This document shows positions 17,811-27,138 of a stretch of DNA of 52,509 nucleotides, in pieces. Under the pieces are notes generated by a model. That model did not search any database. It saw only the letters and a program-made list of their open reading frames with translations, and had not been told where the DNA came from. Position 1 is the first letter of the stretch. Each line of letters opens with the position of its first letter. The DNA comes from a virus (Duplodnaviria > Caudoviricetes). The position numbers were made by a program, and so were the translations under genes. The DNA is taken from IMG/VR virus record IMGVR_UViG_3300031576_000060, positions 1 through 52,509 of that record; one strand, given 5' to 3'.

Positions 17811-20674
17811 TCTCCGTCCAGGTCGAGCAGCCCCTTGTCGCGCGCCGCCTGCATGACCGCCTCGGCGAGGTCGGGGTACTTGTCGCTCACGGAGAGGAGC
17901 ACAGAGACATCATCATAGCCTTCGTCTTTCAAGCCTTCCACTTCGCGGACGACCTGATCGACCGTTGCGGCGGCCGACCGGACCGCCAGATAGTCGGGCG
18001 CCGCCTTGGCGATCCGGTCGAGGTCGAGCCCGTAGCACCGCGGGCAGGCCATCTGGGTGGCGTCGAGCGTATCGGCGGTGACGAGCCGGTTGGCTGGCGT
18101 CTCGGTACCGCACCGGGCACACCGGTAGCGGCCCGGGTCACCCGGGTAGTAGACGCTGTCGGCCTCACGGCTGGCCCGCCGGAGCGTCTCGCGCGGCACC
18201 ATCACCTTGCTGCCATCTTCCAGCCGTACCTCGAATGTGGTGCCGTCCTCCGCCATGTCGCGCACGACTGTCGCGCTCGTGCCCGACTCGACCAGGTAGC
18301 TGGGGCCGCCGCGCGTGCGCGCCCGAAACGACTTGACGAACTCGACCTTCGCGCCCGCCGAGAAGTCATCTTCCTTGCGGGACTCGTTGTGCTGGGCGGG
18401 CTGGCCGTCGCCCTCGCGCGCGGCCGTCATGGCGACGTCGCCGCCGCTCCCCAGACACCTGGGGCACTTGCCGTCGGTCGCGCGACACCAATCACATCCG
18501 GCCCCCTGGCACTGTGGGCACGCGCCCGTTCCCTTGCAGATGTGGCACCCCTGCGAATCGTCCGGCTCGACCGGCACGACCGCGGGCCCCTGGGCGTGGC
18601 GCTGGATCTCCTGCTCGATGGCGGCGCGCAGGCCGGCGTCACCGCCGACCGACGGGAACGCCCGTCCCTGCCGGTCGAGCAGGCCGGTGAAGTCGCACGC
18701 CTGACAGCCGTCCCCACCGCACGCCCGGCAATCGTCGTACCGCTTCATTGGTTCGAGCGGGGTGGCGGCCACGTCGCCGAGCTGCTGCTTGCATCCATCG
18801 CACAGGTTGCCGTCATCCGTCTTCCAGCGGGCCGGGCACTCCGCGCACCTGGTGCAGCGGCTTCCCGTCTCTGGATGGTAGCCGGGGATGTAGCGGCCGA
18901 ACTGCGTGCCGCACGTCGCGCACGCGCCCGATTGAGCCTCCACATGTCGGAGGGTCTGACGATCCTGGTCGACCGACAGCTTCGACTCGGGCACCACGTC
19001 GGTCCGGCCGTCCTGGAACTCGACCCGGTAGGTCCCGTCCCACGCGCCGTTGCCGGTCGGCTCGTGAACCTGCTCGATGACCCGGGCAGCTTCTCCGCCG
19101 ACCGTCACCCGAGCGCCGGGGTCGTACCGCTGGGCTCGCCTGCTCGTCTTCACTTCGCCGCCGTAGACCTCCGCGACGTCGATCCCACCCTTCATGACCG
19201 ACACGTACCCGCCGCTCTCCAGCGAGACACGCTTCGCTTCCTCGATCGCCTGCCGCTTGCTCTGAAACTGGTGACGGTGAATCGTCTTGGGCGACTCCGT
19301 CTCCCAGTAGACCGTCCAGTCGCCCGAGCCCTGCACATCGACCTGCGGGTCCGACTGGGCCCGCCGTCCAATCTTTGGGCGGACGTCCTCGTCCTCCCAC
19401 GCCCCGCCGGCCGGATAGTTGGTATCGGGCGACCATTGCTTGATGTCTTCGTTCCGAACGAACTCGCCGCATCGCGGGCAGTCCTTGCCGTCCGGTCGTC
19501 GACCACCTTCCAACCAGCCACCGCACTGCGGGCATGCGGGCTCGTCACGCTTGGTCTGCGCTTCCTGCGGCTCGCCCGCATGCAGCCCCTTGACCCGGTC
19601 GAGCGGGACCGCGACGTTCCGGTCGCCATCGACCAGGTCGACCTTGCAGTGGGGGAACATGTAGGACGACGACCCCTCCGGGTAGCACTCCTTGACTACC
19701 GCCTCGTCCCCGTCGACCGACACACGATCGCCCCGCTGCCAGGTCTGCTGGGCCGTCTTGCTCGCCTGCCGCTCGGTGACCTGCACGTTCCAATCGCCGC
19801 CGACGTACTTGGAGGCCATCTCCTCGGCCTCCTGCTTGGCGCGCGCGAGCGCCTCGTCCTCGTCGTACCCACGGGACGCGTAGGTATCGCCAGACTCACG
19901 ACCGTCCTCCCAGACCATCGGGAGCCAGTCGCCCCTCGCTTCGTTCTTGTTCTTGACGGTCCCGTATTCGATCCGGACGACTTCGTGGGGTAGGTCGGCG
20001 AACTCGCACCCCTCCGAATGCCGGCCCTGCCACTGGCCGCACCCCCGGCATGGACCCGCCTGCCGGCCGGCCGGAGCCTGCGCGGTCTTCCGTTCCGCCA
20101 CGCTGTAGAGCCCGCGGGAGTAGCGGTCCTGGATCTTGAACGCGTCGTCCAGCGCGACGAACGTGGCGAACGCTTCGTTGTCGAGCGGGGGCGCGAACAT
20201 CCCGCCCCTCGGGTCGACCTTCTGCTGGAAGGTGCCCTGCCGGACCAGCTCATCGACGAGCGACTGGCTGAGGATCCGGGGGATCCCGTCCACCACCATG
20301 ACGGACGGCTCCAGCAGCCGGCCAGCCCGCACGACGATCGGGACCTCGACTTCCCGCCTGCACCCCGTGAGGGTCAGCATGTGGGCCGACAGGATCACAT
20401 GCGCGTCCGCCTCGATGGCGGGCGTGTTCTCGTCGCGCGTCGCTGTCCGGATGCCCCGATACACCAGGGTCGGGAGGATCGGCCACGAAAACTGACCCAT
20501 GAAATCCTGCGCCAACCGGATCGCTTCGGTCGGCAGTTTGCCGCGATCCAGTGGCCCATCCATTCGATTGCCTGGAAGCATAGGGCTGGTCGCAAACGCG
20601 CCCGCGAACCGCTGGAGACGAGCGAGGCGACGGCGGGCCCGGGCTTCCGGGCCGAACGGGTTCTGGTCGGTCAT
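17807..20674 (-). CDS. large modular protein (SH3/KOW-like and Zn-ribbon modules separated by R/K-x-A-Q motifs); putative virion polyprotein
   Basis: Start MTDQNPF at 20674 (GAGG SD); RKTAQ, SKTAQ, RRAQ x2, RHAQ, SREAD; WQRGDRV, YDPGARV, FSAGAKV modules; DnaJ-like CxxCxGxG repeats. Confidence 0.75.
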   Translation of the reverse strand: MTDQNPFGPEARARRRLARLQRFAGAFATSPMLPGNRMDGPLDRGKLPTEAIRLAQDFMGQFSWPILPTLVYRGIRTATRDENTPAIEADAHVILSAHMLTLTGCRREVEVPIVVRAGRLLEPSVMVVDGIPRILSQSLVDELVRQGTFQQKVDPRGGMFAPPLDNEAFATFVALDDAFKIQDRYSRGLYSVAERKTAQAPAGRQAGPCRGCGQWQGRHSEGCEFADLPHEVVRIEYGTVKNKNEARGDWLPMVWEDGRESGDTYASRGYDEDEALARAKQEAEEMASKYVGGDWNVQVTERQASKTAQQTWQRGDRVSVDGDEAVVKECYPEGSSSYMFPHCKVDLVDGDRNVAVPLDRVKGLHAGEPQEAQTKRDEPACPQCGGWLEGGRRPDGKDCPRCGEFVRNEDIKQWSPDTNYPAGGAWEDEDVRPKIGRRAQSDPQVDVQGSGDWTVYWETESPKTIHRHQFQSKRQAIEEAKRVSLESGGYVSVMKGGIDVAEVYGGEVKTSRRAQRYDPGARVTVGGEAARVIEQVHEPTGNGAWDGTYRVEFQDGRTDVVPESKLSVDQDRQTLRHVEAQSGACATCGTQFGRYIPGYHPETGSRCTRCAECPARWKTDDGNLCDGCKQQLGDVAATPLEPMKRYDDCRACGGDGCQACDFTGLLDRQGRAFPSVGGDAGLRAAIEQEIQRHAQGPAVVPVEPDDSQGCHICKGTGACPQCQGAGCDWCRATDGKCPRCLGSGGDVAMTAAREGDGQPAQHNESRKEDDFSAGAKVEFVKSFRARTRGGPSYLVESGTSATVVRDMAEDGTTFEVRLEDGSKVMVPRETLRRASREADSVYYPGDPGRYRCARCGTETPANRLVTADTLDATQMACPRCYGLDLDRIAKAAPDYLAVRSAAATVDQVVREVEGLKDEGYDDVSVLLSVSDKYPDLAEAVMQAARDKGLLDLDGE

Positions 20675-20732
20675 GGCTGGGACCTCTTGGCGTGAGTGTA
20701 GCGGAACGGATGGAAAACGGTTGACTGGCGGC

Positions 20733-20969
20733 CTAGATCCCGAAGCTGGCGGGATCGCGGTTCCCTTGGAACTGGACCGCCCACGTCGGCTCCGCCCGGA
20801 AAAACGCGTCGTGGCTCGGGTAGGTGCCGAACAACAGGTCGATCGCCCGGTCGCTGGCATAGAGGCCACAGAGATCCTGGTACAGCTCGCGCGCGTTGGC
20901 CTCGTCCTCGAACGCGCGCAACACGAACACCCGGTCGTCCCGGATGCTCCTCGCTCCAACGAACAACAT
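20733..20969 (-). CDS. hypothetical 78-aa protein
   Basis: AAGGAG SD; preceded by a sigma70-like promoter. Confidence 0.65.
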   Translation of the reverse strand: MLFVGARSIRDDRVFVLRAFEDEANARELYQDLCGLYASDRAIDLLFGTYPSHDAFFRAEPTWAVQFQGNRDPASFGI

Positions 20970-20989
20970 GGCCTACTCCTTTCAGCTCC

Positions 20990-21020
20990 ATGATATCGGT
21001 TTGCTTGCGGATGTCAAGCA
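20990..21020 (-). promoter_or_regulatory. sigma70-like promoter with an inverted repeat over the -35 element
   Basis: TTGACA-16 nt-TATCAT; TGCTTG-N7-CAAGCA palindrome. Confidence 0.65.
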
Positions 21021-21027
21021 TTTTCCA

Positions 21028-24000
21028 TCACCGGAGCTGCCCGGCCGGGTAGCAGTGGCGCAGGACCGTCAGGATCTGTGGGCAGGGCGGCATCTCGGCT
21101 CCGTCGGTCTCGCCCTTGTCCAACCGGTAGAGGTAGTCCGAGATGCCCTCAGCATACCGCTTGACGTCGGCGTCGTCCTTGACGCGGTCGGGCGCCTTGT
21201 AGACCTTGTTGTGCGCCCAGTCGGCGAACCAGGTCTGCCGGGTCGTCCGGAGCTGGGCCTCCACGACCTTCCCGTTGATCCGCACGAGCAAGTGGATCGA
21301 TCGGTAACCGCCCGGGCGCGCCCGGTCGCTCAAGTCCTCGACCTCGATGAGGCCGTCATCCGTTCCCTTCGGATCGACCTCCGGCATCTTGGAGATGACC
21401 GACTGGAGGGCCGCCTGCGACTCGGCCAGATTGCCGTGCGTCAGCCTGGTGCCCGCGTGGTCGGTCAGCTCTTCGGGCGCGAACGCCCGCCCCCTCTCCT
21501 TCTCGCGCCGCTTGAGCTTCTCGAAGATGGAGTCCGCCGACTTGATGCGCCCGATGACCTCGCCGCCTCCGGAGACCTCGCTCAAGAAGTCGGCGACCGC
21601 CTCGAACGCTGGGACGTAGCTCTCGGCCACGCCTTGCAGGTAGGTCAGCTCCTCGGGGGATGCAGCATCGCCGGACACGAGCGGCCAGTCGGCACCCTCG
21701 CCAGTCGGCAGCCGCCACTTCTCCGCGAGCGCCCGGACCTGCTCGGAGGATTCGGGGTTCGGCTGGCCGAACTGCTCGACCAGCAGCATGCCGACCTCTG
21801 GGTCGACGCCCGGGGGCGCGCCGTGCTCGGGCTCGGCTGGCGTGAACTGCCGTTCCTTGCCCGGTTCCTGCGGCTTCTTGGTCAGCTTCTTGGTGGTGGC
21901 CGGGTACTTCTTGATGTACCGCTTCTGCTCCTCGTACGACTTCGAGTCCCACCACTCCTGCGCGGTGATCCCGAGGCTCGCGAGCAGGAGGGCGCGGCGA
22001 TCCCGCTGGAACCGTTCGCACGCGCAACCGTCGCCCATCTCGTCCGCGAAACATGGGCGGGGCGACACATCTGCATGTTCACCCAACCGATGGCCGCACC
22101 GGCACACGACGTCCAGGTTGGAGTAATCGTAGCGGCCCTGGTCGCGTCGTTCGTGGGACCGGTCGATGTCGACCCCGCCGCACTGTGGGCACTTGATCGT
22201 CAGTTGGCCGGCGGGCGCGTCCTCATCGATCCCGAAGTGCTTGGCGTAGTCGCGGTGACCGCAGCCCCTGCACTGCGCCTCCCCGGACCCGAGTGCCGCC
22301 TTCTTCTCGGACTCCGGCTTGGTCTTGTGCTCGCGGGTGTGCTCGGCGTGATCGACGACCTCCAGGTTGGACGGCGCGTTGTTCGACTTGTCCTCGTCGA
22401 TGTGGTGGACGTCTTCGCTCGGCTTGAGCGGGCGGTCGAGCTTCTCCTTCATGACGCGCCGGTGCTCGCGCTCGCCATCCGAGTTCCGCTCCCACCTACG
22501 CTCGTCTTCGTACCCGACGATCCCCAAGCCGGCGAGCAGGCGGGCGACCACTGGGGTTGGGACCCCTCCGGCCGCTTCGCCGCCCTCCTGGTCGGCCCCG
22601 CCCTCCTCCTCTTCCTTGCCCGGCACCTTCTCCAGGAGATCCTTGTCCAGATAGAGGACGGCCTGCGGGTGGTCCTTGAACGCGACCCCGATCATGTAGC
22701 CTTGAACGCCCACCACCTCGCCGACGTCGTCTTGGCGAAGCCCCAGCATCGTCTCCTTGAGCTTGACCTCGTCGCCCACCTCGAAGTCGGCGTCGTCGCC
22801 TTCCTCGTCGTCCCCACCGCCGAATTGCGCCACGATCCCCAAGCGCGCCAACACGGCGGTCCCGCTCATCTCACCCTCCGGCATGTCGCCGAGCAACTTG
22901 GTCAGGGCTTCGTCGTCCGCCTGACCAAATTGGTCGGCTGACCCGGCGATCAACTCGACCATTTTGGTCAGGAACGCGTCGATCTGATCTTGCGCGTGAC
23001 GGCTGGCGAACAGGGCGGCGCGCCCCACCGCCTTGGCGGTCGCTTCAGCGGCCCAGTGGGTCGCGAGCGCCTGAGCGGTCAGGTGGCCCAACCCGCCGAT
23101 CGCGATCGACCCCGCGACCGTGACGGCGAGCGACCGGACCGCCCGGCCGATCACCTTTTTCTCGTCGGCGGACAGCTCTTGGCCGCTCGACATCTTGGCG
23201 ATCGCCGCGCCAGCCGCCCGGTACTCCCGCAGCTCCTGGGCGAGCATCCCGACGGCCGCCCGTCCCTTCCGACGGATCGCTTGGCCGGCCGCCTTCCCAA
23301 CTTCCGCCCGGTAGCCCGGGTCATCGAACAGCCGGCGGGTCTGGGCCGGCAGCTTGGCCGCCTTCTCGGCGAGCCCCGCGACCCCTTCGGTCACGCGCGC
23401 GAGGAACCCGGGGCCCGCCGGTACGTTCGACGGCTTGGTGTCGCGGTCGAGCCTGGGGGTTGGGGCTGGCGCGCGGGGCGCGCCGAACAGCGCGGTGTCG
23501 ACCTTCGCTTCCATGCCGTACGCGACCCGGTCGAGCCAGTCGGCGGTCGCGTCGACCGTGCGCTTCAGCTTGGTGATGGCGGGCGCGACCGCTTCGCCCA
23601 GCAGCGACCAGAGACCCTTGGCGGTATTGCGGAACCGGCTGGCCAAGCTGCCCGCCGCCCGCTGCAACGCCTCACCCGGCAGACCGGCGAGCCGCCGGAC
23701 CTCCGCGCCCGTCCGCTTGAGCGCGTCGACGCCAGCGTTCACGGCCTCGCGGGTCTCGCGCTCCATCGACTCGGCGAGCTTCTGGACGTCCCCGAGCGCC
23801 TCGCTCAGATTGCGCTCCAGCCCGTCGGCGATCTGGTGGGCCTGCCCGACCAACCCGCCGGTCGCGCGCGGCGTTGGTGGCGCTTCTGTGAGCGGCTCGG
23901 GCGCGGGCTCGACCCAACCGCCCGGTGGCTCGGTGGGGCCGGCGGGCGGTTCCTGGGGGGCCGTTTCGAGGGCGGGCTCAGGCTCGGGCGGCGTGGTAGC

Positions 24001-25707
24001 GGCGGGCGGCTCGGTCGGCGTTGGAGCGGTCGGCGCCTGCTCGGGCGCCTCGCCCGGCTCGACGATCTCGTTGACGAACGGGCCGCCCGGCTTTTCCTGC
24101 CGGAGCGTGAAGGTCCGGCCGGACGGCAGTTTGACGGGCTCGTTTGGCGTCACCCGGGTGGTCTTCAGGTGGGCACGGTCCGCATCGTCCAGCTTGGGCG
24201 CCCGCTTGGGCTTGGCGGGCGCGTCTTTGGGCGCCTTCTTGGGCTTGGCGGGGGCCTTGTCGTCGAACCCGGGCGCTTTCGTCCTGGACCTCTGGTCGGG
24301 CACCCGCTTGGTCCGGGGGTGGTCCCGCTTGTAGTCGGTCTGCTCCTTGAACGACATGTCCGACCACCAGTCCGCCGTGATGCCGAGACCGATGAGCACG
24401 CGGGTGCCTGCCGGACGCGCGGCCGACCGGTAGAGCCGGTGGAGCACCTGGAGGGCTTGCTCGTCGGTCAGGTCGGGGGATTGCTGCTTGACCCGCGCGA
24501 GCCACTCGCCGCACTTCTGGCAGGTCGAGCCGCCCGCCAGCGTCTTGCCCCCGCACACGAAGCAGTCGACCTCGGGCCAATCGGCCAGCATGACGCCGCA
24601 CGACGGGCACGTCTCGGTCTTCTGCCGGAGGGGCGCGCCGCACTCGGGGCACTGGAGGGCCCGCTGGGAGATAATCCGTGGGTCCCCGATTGTCTCGTGG
24701 GTGGCCGCCGAGATACTCGCGTGACCATCGACTTTCTCGCGGCGAGCGAGCGGACGAGAACCCGGGGGTCTGGCGTTTTGGTCGGCGGTCCTGGGCTCCC
24801 CGGGCAGCTCGACCTCCTCGATCGTGCTGTCGGGCTCCCGGGTGTCACCGATCGCCACCTCGACGGTCTCGGCGGTCCATTCGGCGGTGGGGGGTGAGAG
24901 GGCAAGGCCCTGGTCGCTCAAGTACGCGAGGGTGCAATGCGGTGTGAAATCGTAGTTCTCGCGGACCGGTACACCCCCGTCCTTGAGCGCCCGAACCAGG
25001 TCGGTACGGAGGGCGGCCAACCCGTTGCCCGTCACGGTCGCGACGGTCGGGTAGACCCCGTCACTCGACTCGAACTGGGCGATCCCCGTGAACTTCATCG
25101 AAATGGGACCGTACTCCCGGCAGACCCGCGCGACCGTCTCGACGATGAAGTCGGAACAGCAGAGCGTCACATGGAGCTGGTTCCACGCCTGTGCCTCATC
25201 GCCCACGCGGTCGCGGACCTGTTGCTCGACCTGCTTGGCGATCGCGTCAGGCAGCATGAGCGCGACCATCGAGGTGGTCGGCTTGTCGGCACGCCGCAGC
25301 TCCACCACCTCGACGGCGCCGCTATCGAAGTCGTCCTTCAGCACCATCGAGGAGTCGGCGGGACCCGTCTTCTGCCCTTCCCACCGGATCGAGACGTAAC
25401 GGGGTGGATCCTGTGGGTCGATCGAGACCACCTCGCCGAACGTGCCGGCTGGTGGGTCCTGGTCGCCCAGCTCGACGGTCGTGCGGACGCGCGCGCTGAC
25501 CTGCGGGGGCCACACGGTCCCCGCCCTCGTCATCTGGCCGGCACCAGGCTCCAGGTACGTGTCGGTCGTGGGGTCGCGGCCCAGCTCCAACGCGAAGTTG
25601 TCGTCGAGGTAGCGGTCCGACATCCACCGCTCCGGCAGGTCGGACTCCTGGTGCTGCTGGGGTTGATCGGGACGGCCGGGCGCTACCGTATTGGATCGAC
25701 CGGTCAT
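21028..25707 (-). CDS. 1559-aa multidomain protein: 2H phosphoesterase, Zn ribbons, HNH, C-terminal RelA/SpoT synthetase-like domain
   Basis: HVTL and HCTL (2H motifs); EHRRVM...VHHIDEDKSNN...NL (HNH); GRIKSADSIFEK, DHAGTRL, GYRSIH, EAQLRT, WAHNKVYK (RelA/SpoT). Confidence 0.85.
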   Translation of the reverse strand: MTGRSNTVAPGRPDQPQQHQESDLPERWMSDRYLDDNFALELGRDPTTDTYLEPGAGQMTRAGTVWPPQVSARVRTTVELGDQDPPAGTFGEVVSIDPQDPPRYVSIRWEGQKTGPADSSMVLKDDFDSGAVEVVELRRADKPTTSMVALMLPDAIAKQVEQQVRDRVGDEAQAWNQLHVTLCCSDFIVETVARVCREYGPISMKFTGIAQFESSDGVYPTVATVTGNGLAALRTDLVRALKDGGVPVRENYDFTPHCTLAYLSDQGLALSPPTAEWTAETVEVAIGDTREPDSTIEEVELPGEPRTADQNARPPGSRPLARREKVDGHASISAATHETIGDPRIISQRALQCPECGAPLRQKTETCPSCGVMLADWPEVDCFVCGGKTLAGGSTCQKCGEWLARVKQQSPDLTDEQALQVLHRLYRSAARPAGTRVLIGLGITADWWSDMSFKEQTDYKRDHPRTKRVPDQRSRTKAPGFDDKAPAKPKKAPKDAPAKPKRAPKLDDADRAHLKTTRVTPNEPVKLPSGRTFTLRQEKPGGPFVNEIVEPGEAPEQAPTAPTPTEPPAATTPPEPEPALETAPQEPPAGPTEPPGGWVEPAPEPLTEAPPTPRATGGLVGQAHQIADGLERNLSEALGDVQKLAESMERETREAVNAGVDALKRTGAEVRRLAGLPGEALQRAAGSLASRFRNTAKGLWSLLGEAVAPAITKLKRTVDATADWLDRVAYGMEAKVDTALFGAPRAPAPTPRLDRDTKPSNVPAGPGFLARVTEGVAGLAEKAAKLPAQTRRLFDDPGYRAEVGKAAGQAIRRKGRAAVGMLAQELREYRAAGAAIAKMSSGQELSADEKKVIGRAVRSLAVTVAGSIAIGGLGHLTAQALATHWAAEATAKAVGRAALFASRHAQDQIDAFLTKMVELIAGSADQFGQADDEALTKLLGDMPEGEMSGTAVLARLGIVAQFGGGDDEEGDDADFEVGDEVKLKETMLGLRQDDVGEVVGVQGYMIGVAFKDHPQAVLYLDKDLLEKVPGKEEEEGGADQEGGEAAGGVPTPVVARLLAGLGIVGYEDERRWERNSDGEREHRRVMKEKLDRPLKPSEDVHHIDEDKSNNAPSNLEVVDHAEHTREHKTKPESEKKAALGSGEAQCRGCGHRDYAKHFGIDEDAPAGQLTIKCPQCGGVDIDRSHERRDQGRYDYSNLDVVCRCGHRLGEHADVSPRPCFADEMGDGCACERFQRDRRALLLASLGITAQEWWDSKSYEEQKRYIKKYPATTKKLTKKPQEPGKERQFTPAEPEHGAPPGVDPEVGMLLVEQFGQPNPESSEQVRALAEKWRLPTGEGADWPLVSGDAASPEELTYLQGVAESYVPAFEAVADFLSEVSGGGEVIGRIKSADSIFEKLKRREKERGRAFAPEELTDHAGTRLTHGNLAESQAALQSVISKMPEVDPKGTDDGLIEVEDLSDRARPGGYRSIHLLVRINGKVVEAQLRTTRQTWFADWAHNKVYKAPDRVKDDADVKRYAEGISDYLYRLDKGETDGAEMPPCPQILTVLRHCYPAGQLR

Positions 25708-25725
25708 GCGACACCCAGGAAACGC

Positions 25726-25754
25726 TTGACACGTGCAAGCAGCCGTGCTACCGT
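25726..25754 (+). promoter_or_regulatory. sigma70-like promoter for the plus-strand island
   Basis: TTGACA-17 nt-TACCGT with TG at the extended -10 position; GCTTG-N7-CAAGC palindrome; AGGGAG SD downstream. Confidence 0.65.
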
Positions 25755-25781
25755 TGATTCGTAAGCTGGAAGGGAGACGAC

Positions 25782-26513
25782 ATGGTCATCACGGCAAAGT
25801 TCGCGAGCAAGTGCGGTGGCTGCGGTGGAACGATCCACGCGGGTGATAAGATCGAGTGGTCCAAAGGCGTGGTGCCGCGGCACGCCCGCTGCGTCAAGGG
25901 TTCGGTGCAGAAGGCGCACGCAACCGCAACCCCCAAGGCCCGTCCGGTCACGCGGGCGCCACGACGTCCTAGCTTCCCGACCGAGCCACCCGAACCCGGG
26001 GCCCACCGGATCGAGGGTCGCCGTTCGGACCGGCGCGACAGTCGCTACGACGTCGGCAGCGTTGTCCACGCGCCCAAGGTTAAGATCGAAGGCGGCGGGC
26101 CGGATCGCCACTACTACACCGTCCTGGCAGCCGTCATGTACCCGCCCAACGAGGACAACGGGCAGTACGGCTGGGTCGAGTGCGCATGGGTCCGGGCTTC
26201 CACCGACGAAGAGGCCGCGCCCGTCGCCGCCCGGTTGACCAGCGCGGCCGACCGCAAGGCCATGCTGGCCGAGCTGGACACGCTCGCGCGGGCCGGCTGG
26301 ACCGGTTCGGACGACACGGCGGCCAAGCCGGCGGGTCGCGAGGTCGTGCTGGACGCCGGCACGCACGGGTCGGGGCGTCGCATCGCCCTCCTCTCGGAGG
26401 ATGGTGGGGCGGTCGCGGTGTGGTGCGGCGGCTACTACGACGACTACCGGCCGACCTTGGAGGTCACGCGTGACCCGCGTGCCGTCGAGATCGTCACGAA
26501 GCTGCTCGGATGA
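25782..26513 (+). CDS. hypothetical protein with N-terminal Zn-binding module (AKF..KCxxCG..I..G..I.W...H..C)
   Basis: GC3-biased ORF with promoter and SD. Confidence 0.8.
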   Translation: MVITAKFASKCGGCGGTIHAGDKIEWSKGVVPRHARCVKGSVQKAHATATPKARPVTRAPRRPSFPTEPPEPGAHRIEGRRSDRRDSRYDVGSVVHAPKVKIEGGGPDRHYYTVLAAVMYPPNEDNGQYGWVECAWVRASTDEEAAPVAARLTSAADRKAMLAELDTLARAGWTGSDDTAAKPAGREVVLDAGTHGSGRRIALLSEDGGAVAVWCGGYYDDYRPTLEVTRDPRAVEIVTKLLG

Positions 26514-26536
26514 CCGAAAACGAAAAGGAGAGAGCG

Positions 26537-26704
26537 ATGAAGAGGACAGACTGGGTAACTGTGGCCCGAATCCCTCAGATCGACGGGAGAATCCGTATCG
26601 TACAGGTACACGCGCGTGATGCCCGCGAAGCCCGAAAGATGCTCCGCGATGACCCGGCGCGGATCGATGGCTTGTGGTGCCCTGTCCGCACGTTGGACAG
26701 GTGA
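26537..26704 (+). CDS. hypothetical small protein
   Basis: AAGGAG SD before ATG 26537 (alternative coupled start at 26510). Confidence 0.6.
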   Translation: MKRTDWVTVARIPQIDGRIRIVQVHARDAREARKMLRDDPARIDGLWCPVRTLDR

Positions 26705-26708
26705 CACC

Positions 26709-26897
26709 ATGAGCCACAACGACTACGACCTGGACCTCACGCCCCTGTGCATCGGATTCGACATCCGACTGCACGACATCCAAATCAAGGTCGACCCGAC
26801 CATGCGGACCGCCATCACGCCTGCTGGCCCGATCGTCGCCGAGACGGTCGCGGCGCTCGTTGCGGCGCTCAGGCGTGCCGGATACCACGTCAAATAG
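26709..26897 (+). CDS. hypothetical small protein
   Basis: AGGTG SD; MSHNDYDLDLTP... Confidence 0.6.
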   Translation: MSHNDYDLDLTPLCIGFDIRLHDIQIKVDPTMRTAITPAGPIVAETVAALVAALRRAGYHVK

Positions 26898-26909
26898 AGG
26901 AGACGAACG

Positions 26910-27128
26910 ATGAGCAACTTCACGCTGGACACGCTGAGTCGGTCGTTCCTGGAGGAACTGGAATCCACTTTCCGATCGTCCGATCTGGATGGTGCGACAT
27001 GGGTACCGATCGCCGAGAGCCCAAACGGATACCCGGGCGTCGAGGTGCTGCTCGCGTCGCGCAAGCGTTACGTAGTGTACCGGGAGGACGGGTACATCAA
27101 GATCGCGCAGTGCGTGTTCGACGCTTGA
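26910..27128 (+). CDS. hypothetical small protein
   Basis: GAGGAG SD; 72 aa. Confidence 0.7.
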   Translation: MSNFTLDTLSRSFLEELESTFRSSDLDGATWVPIAESPNGYPGVEVLLASRKRYVVYREDGYIKIAQCVFDA

Positions 27129-27138
27129 GCGCACACAG

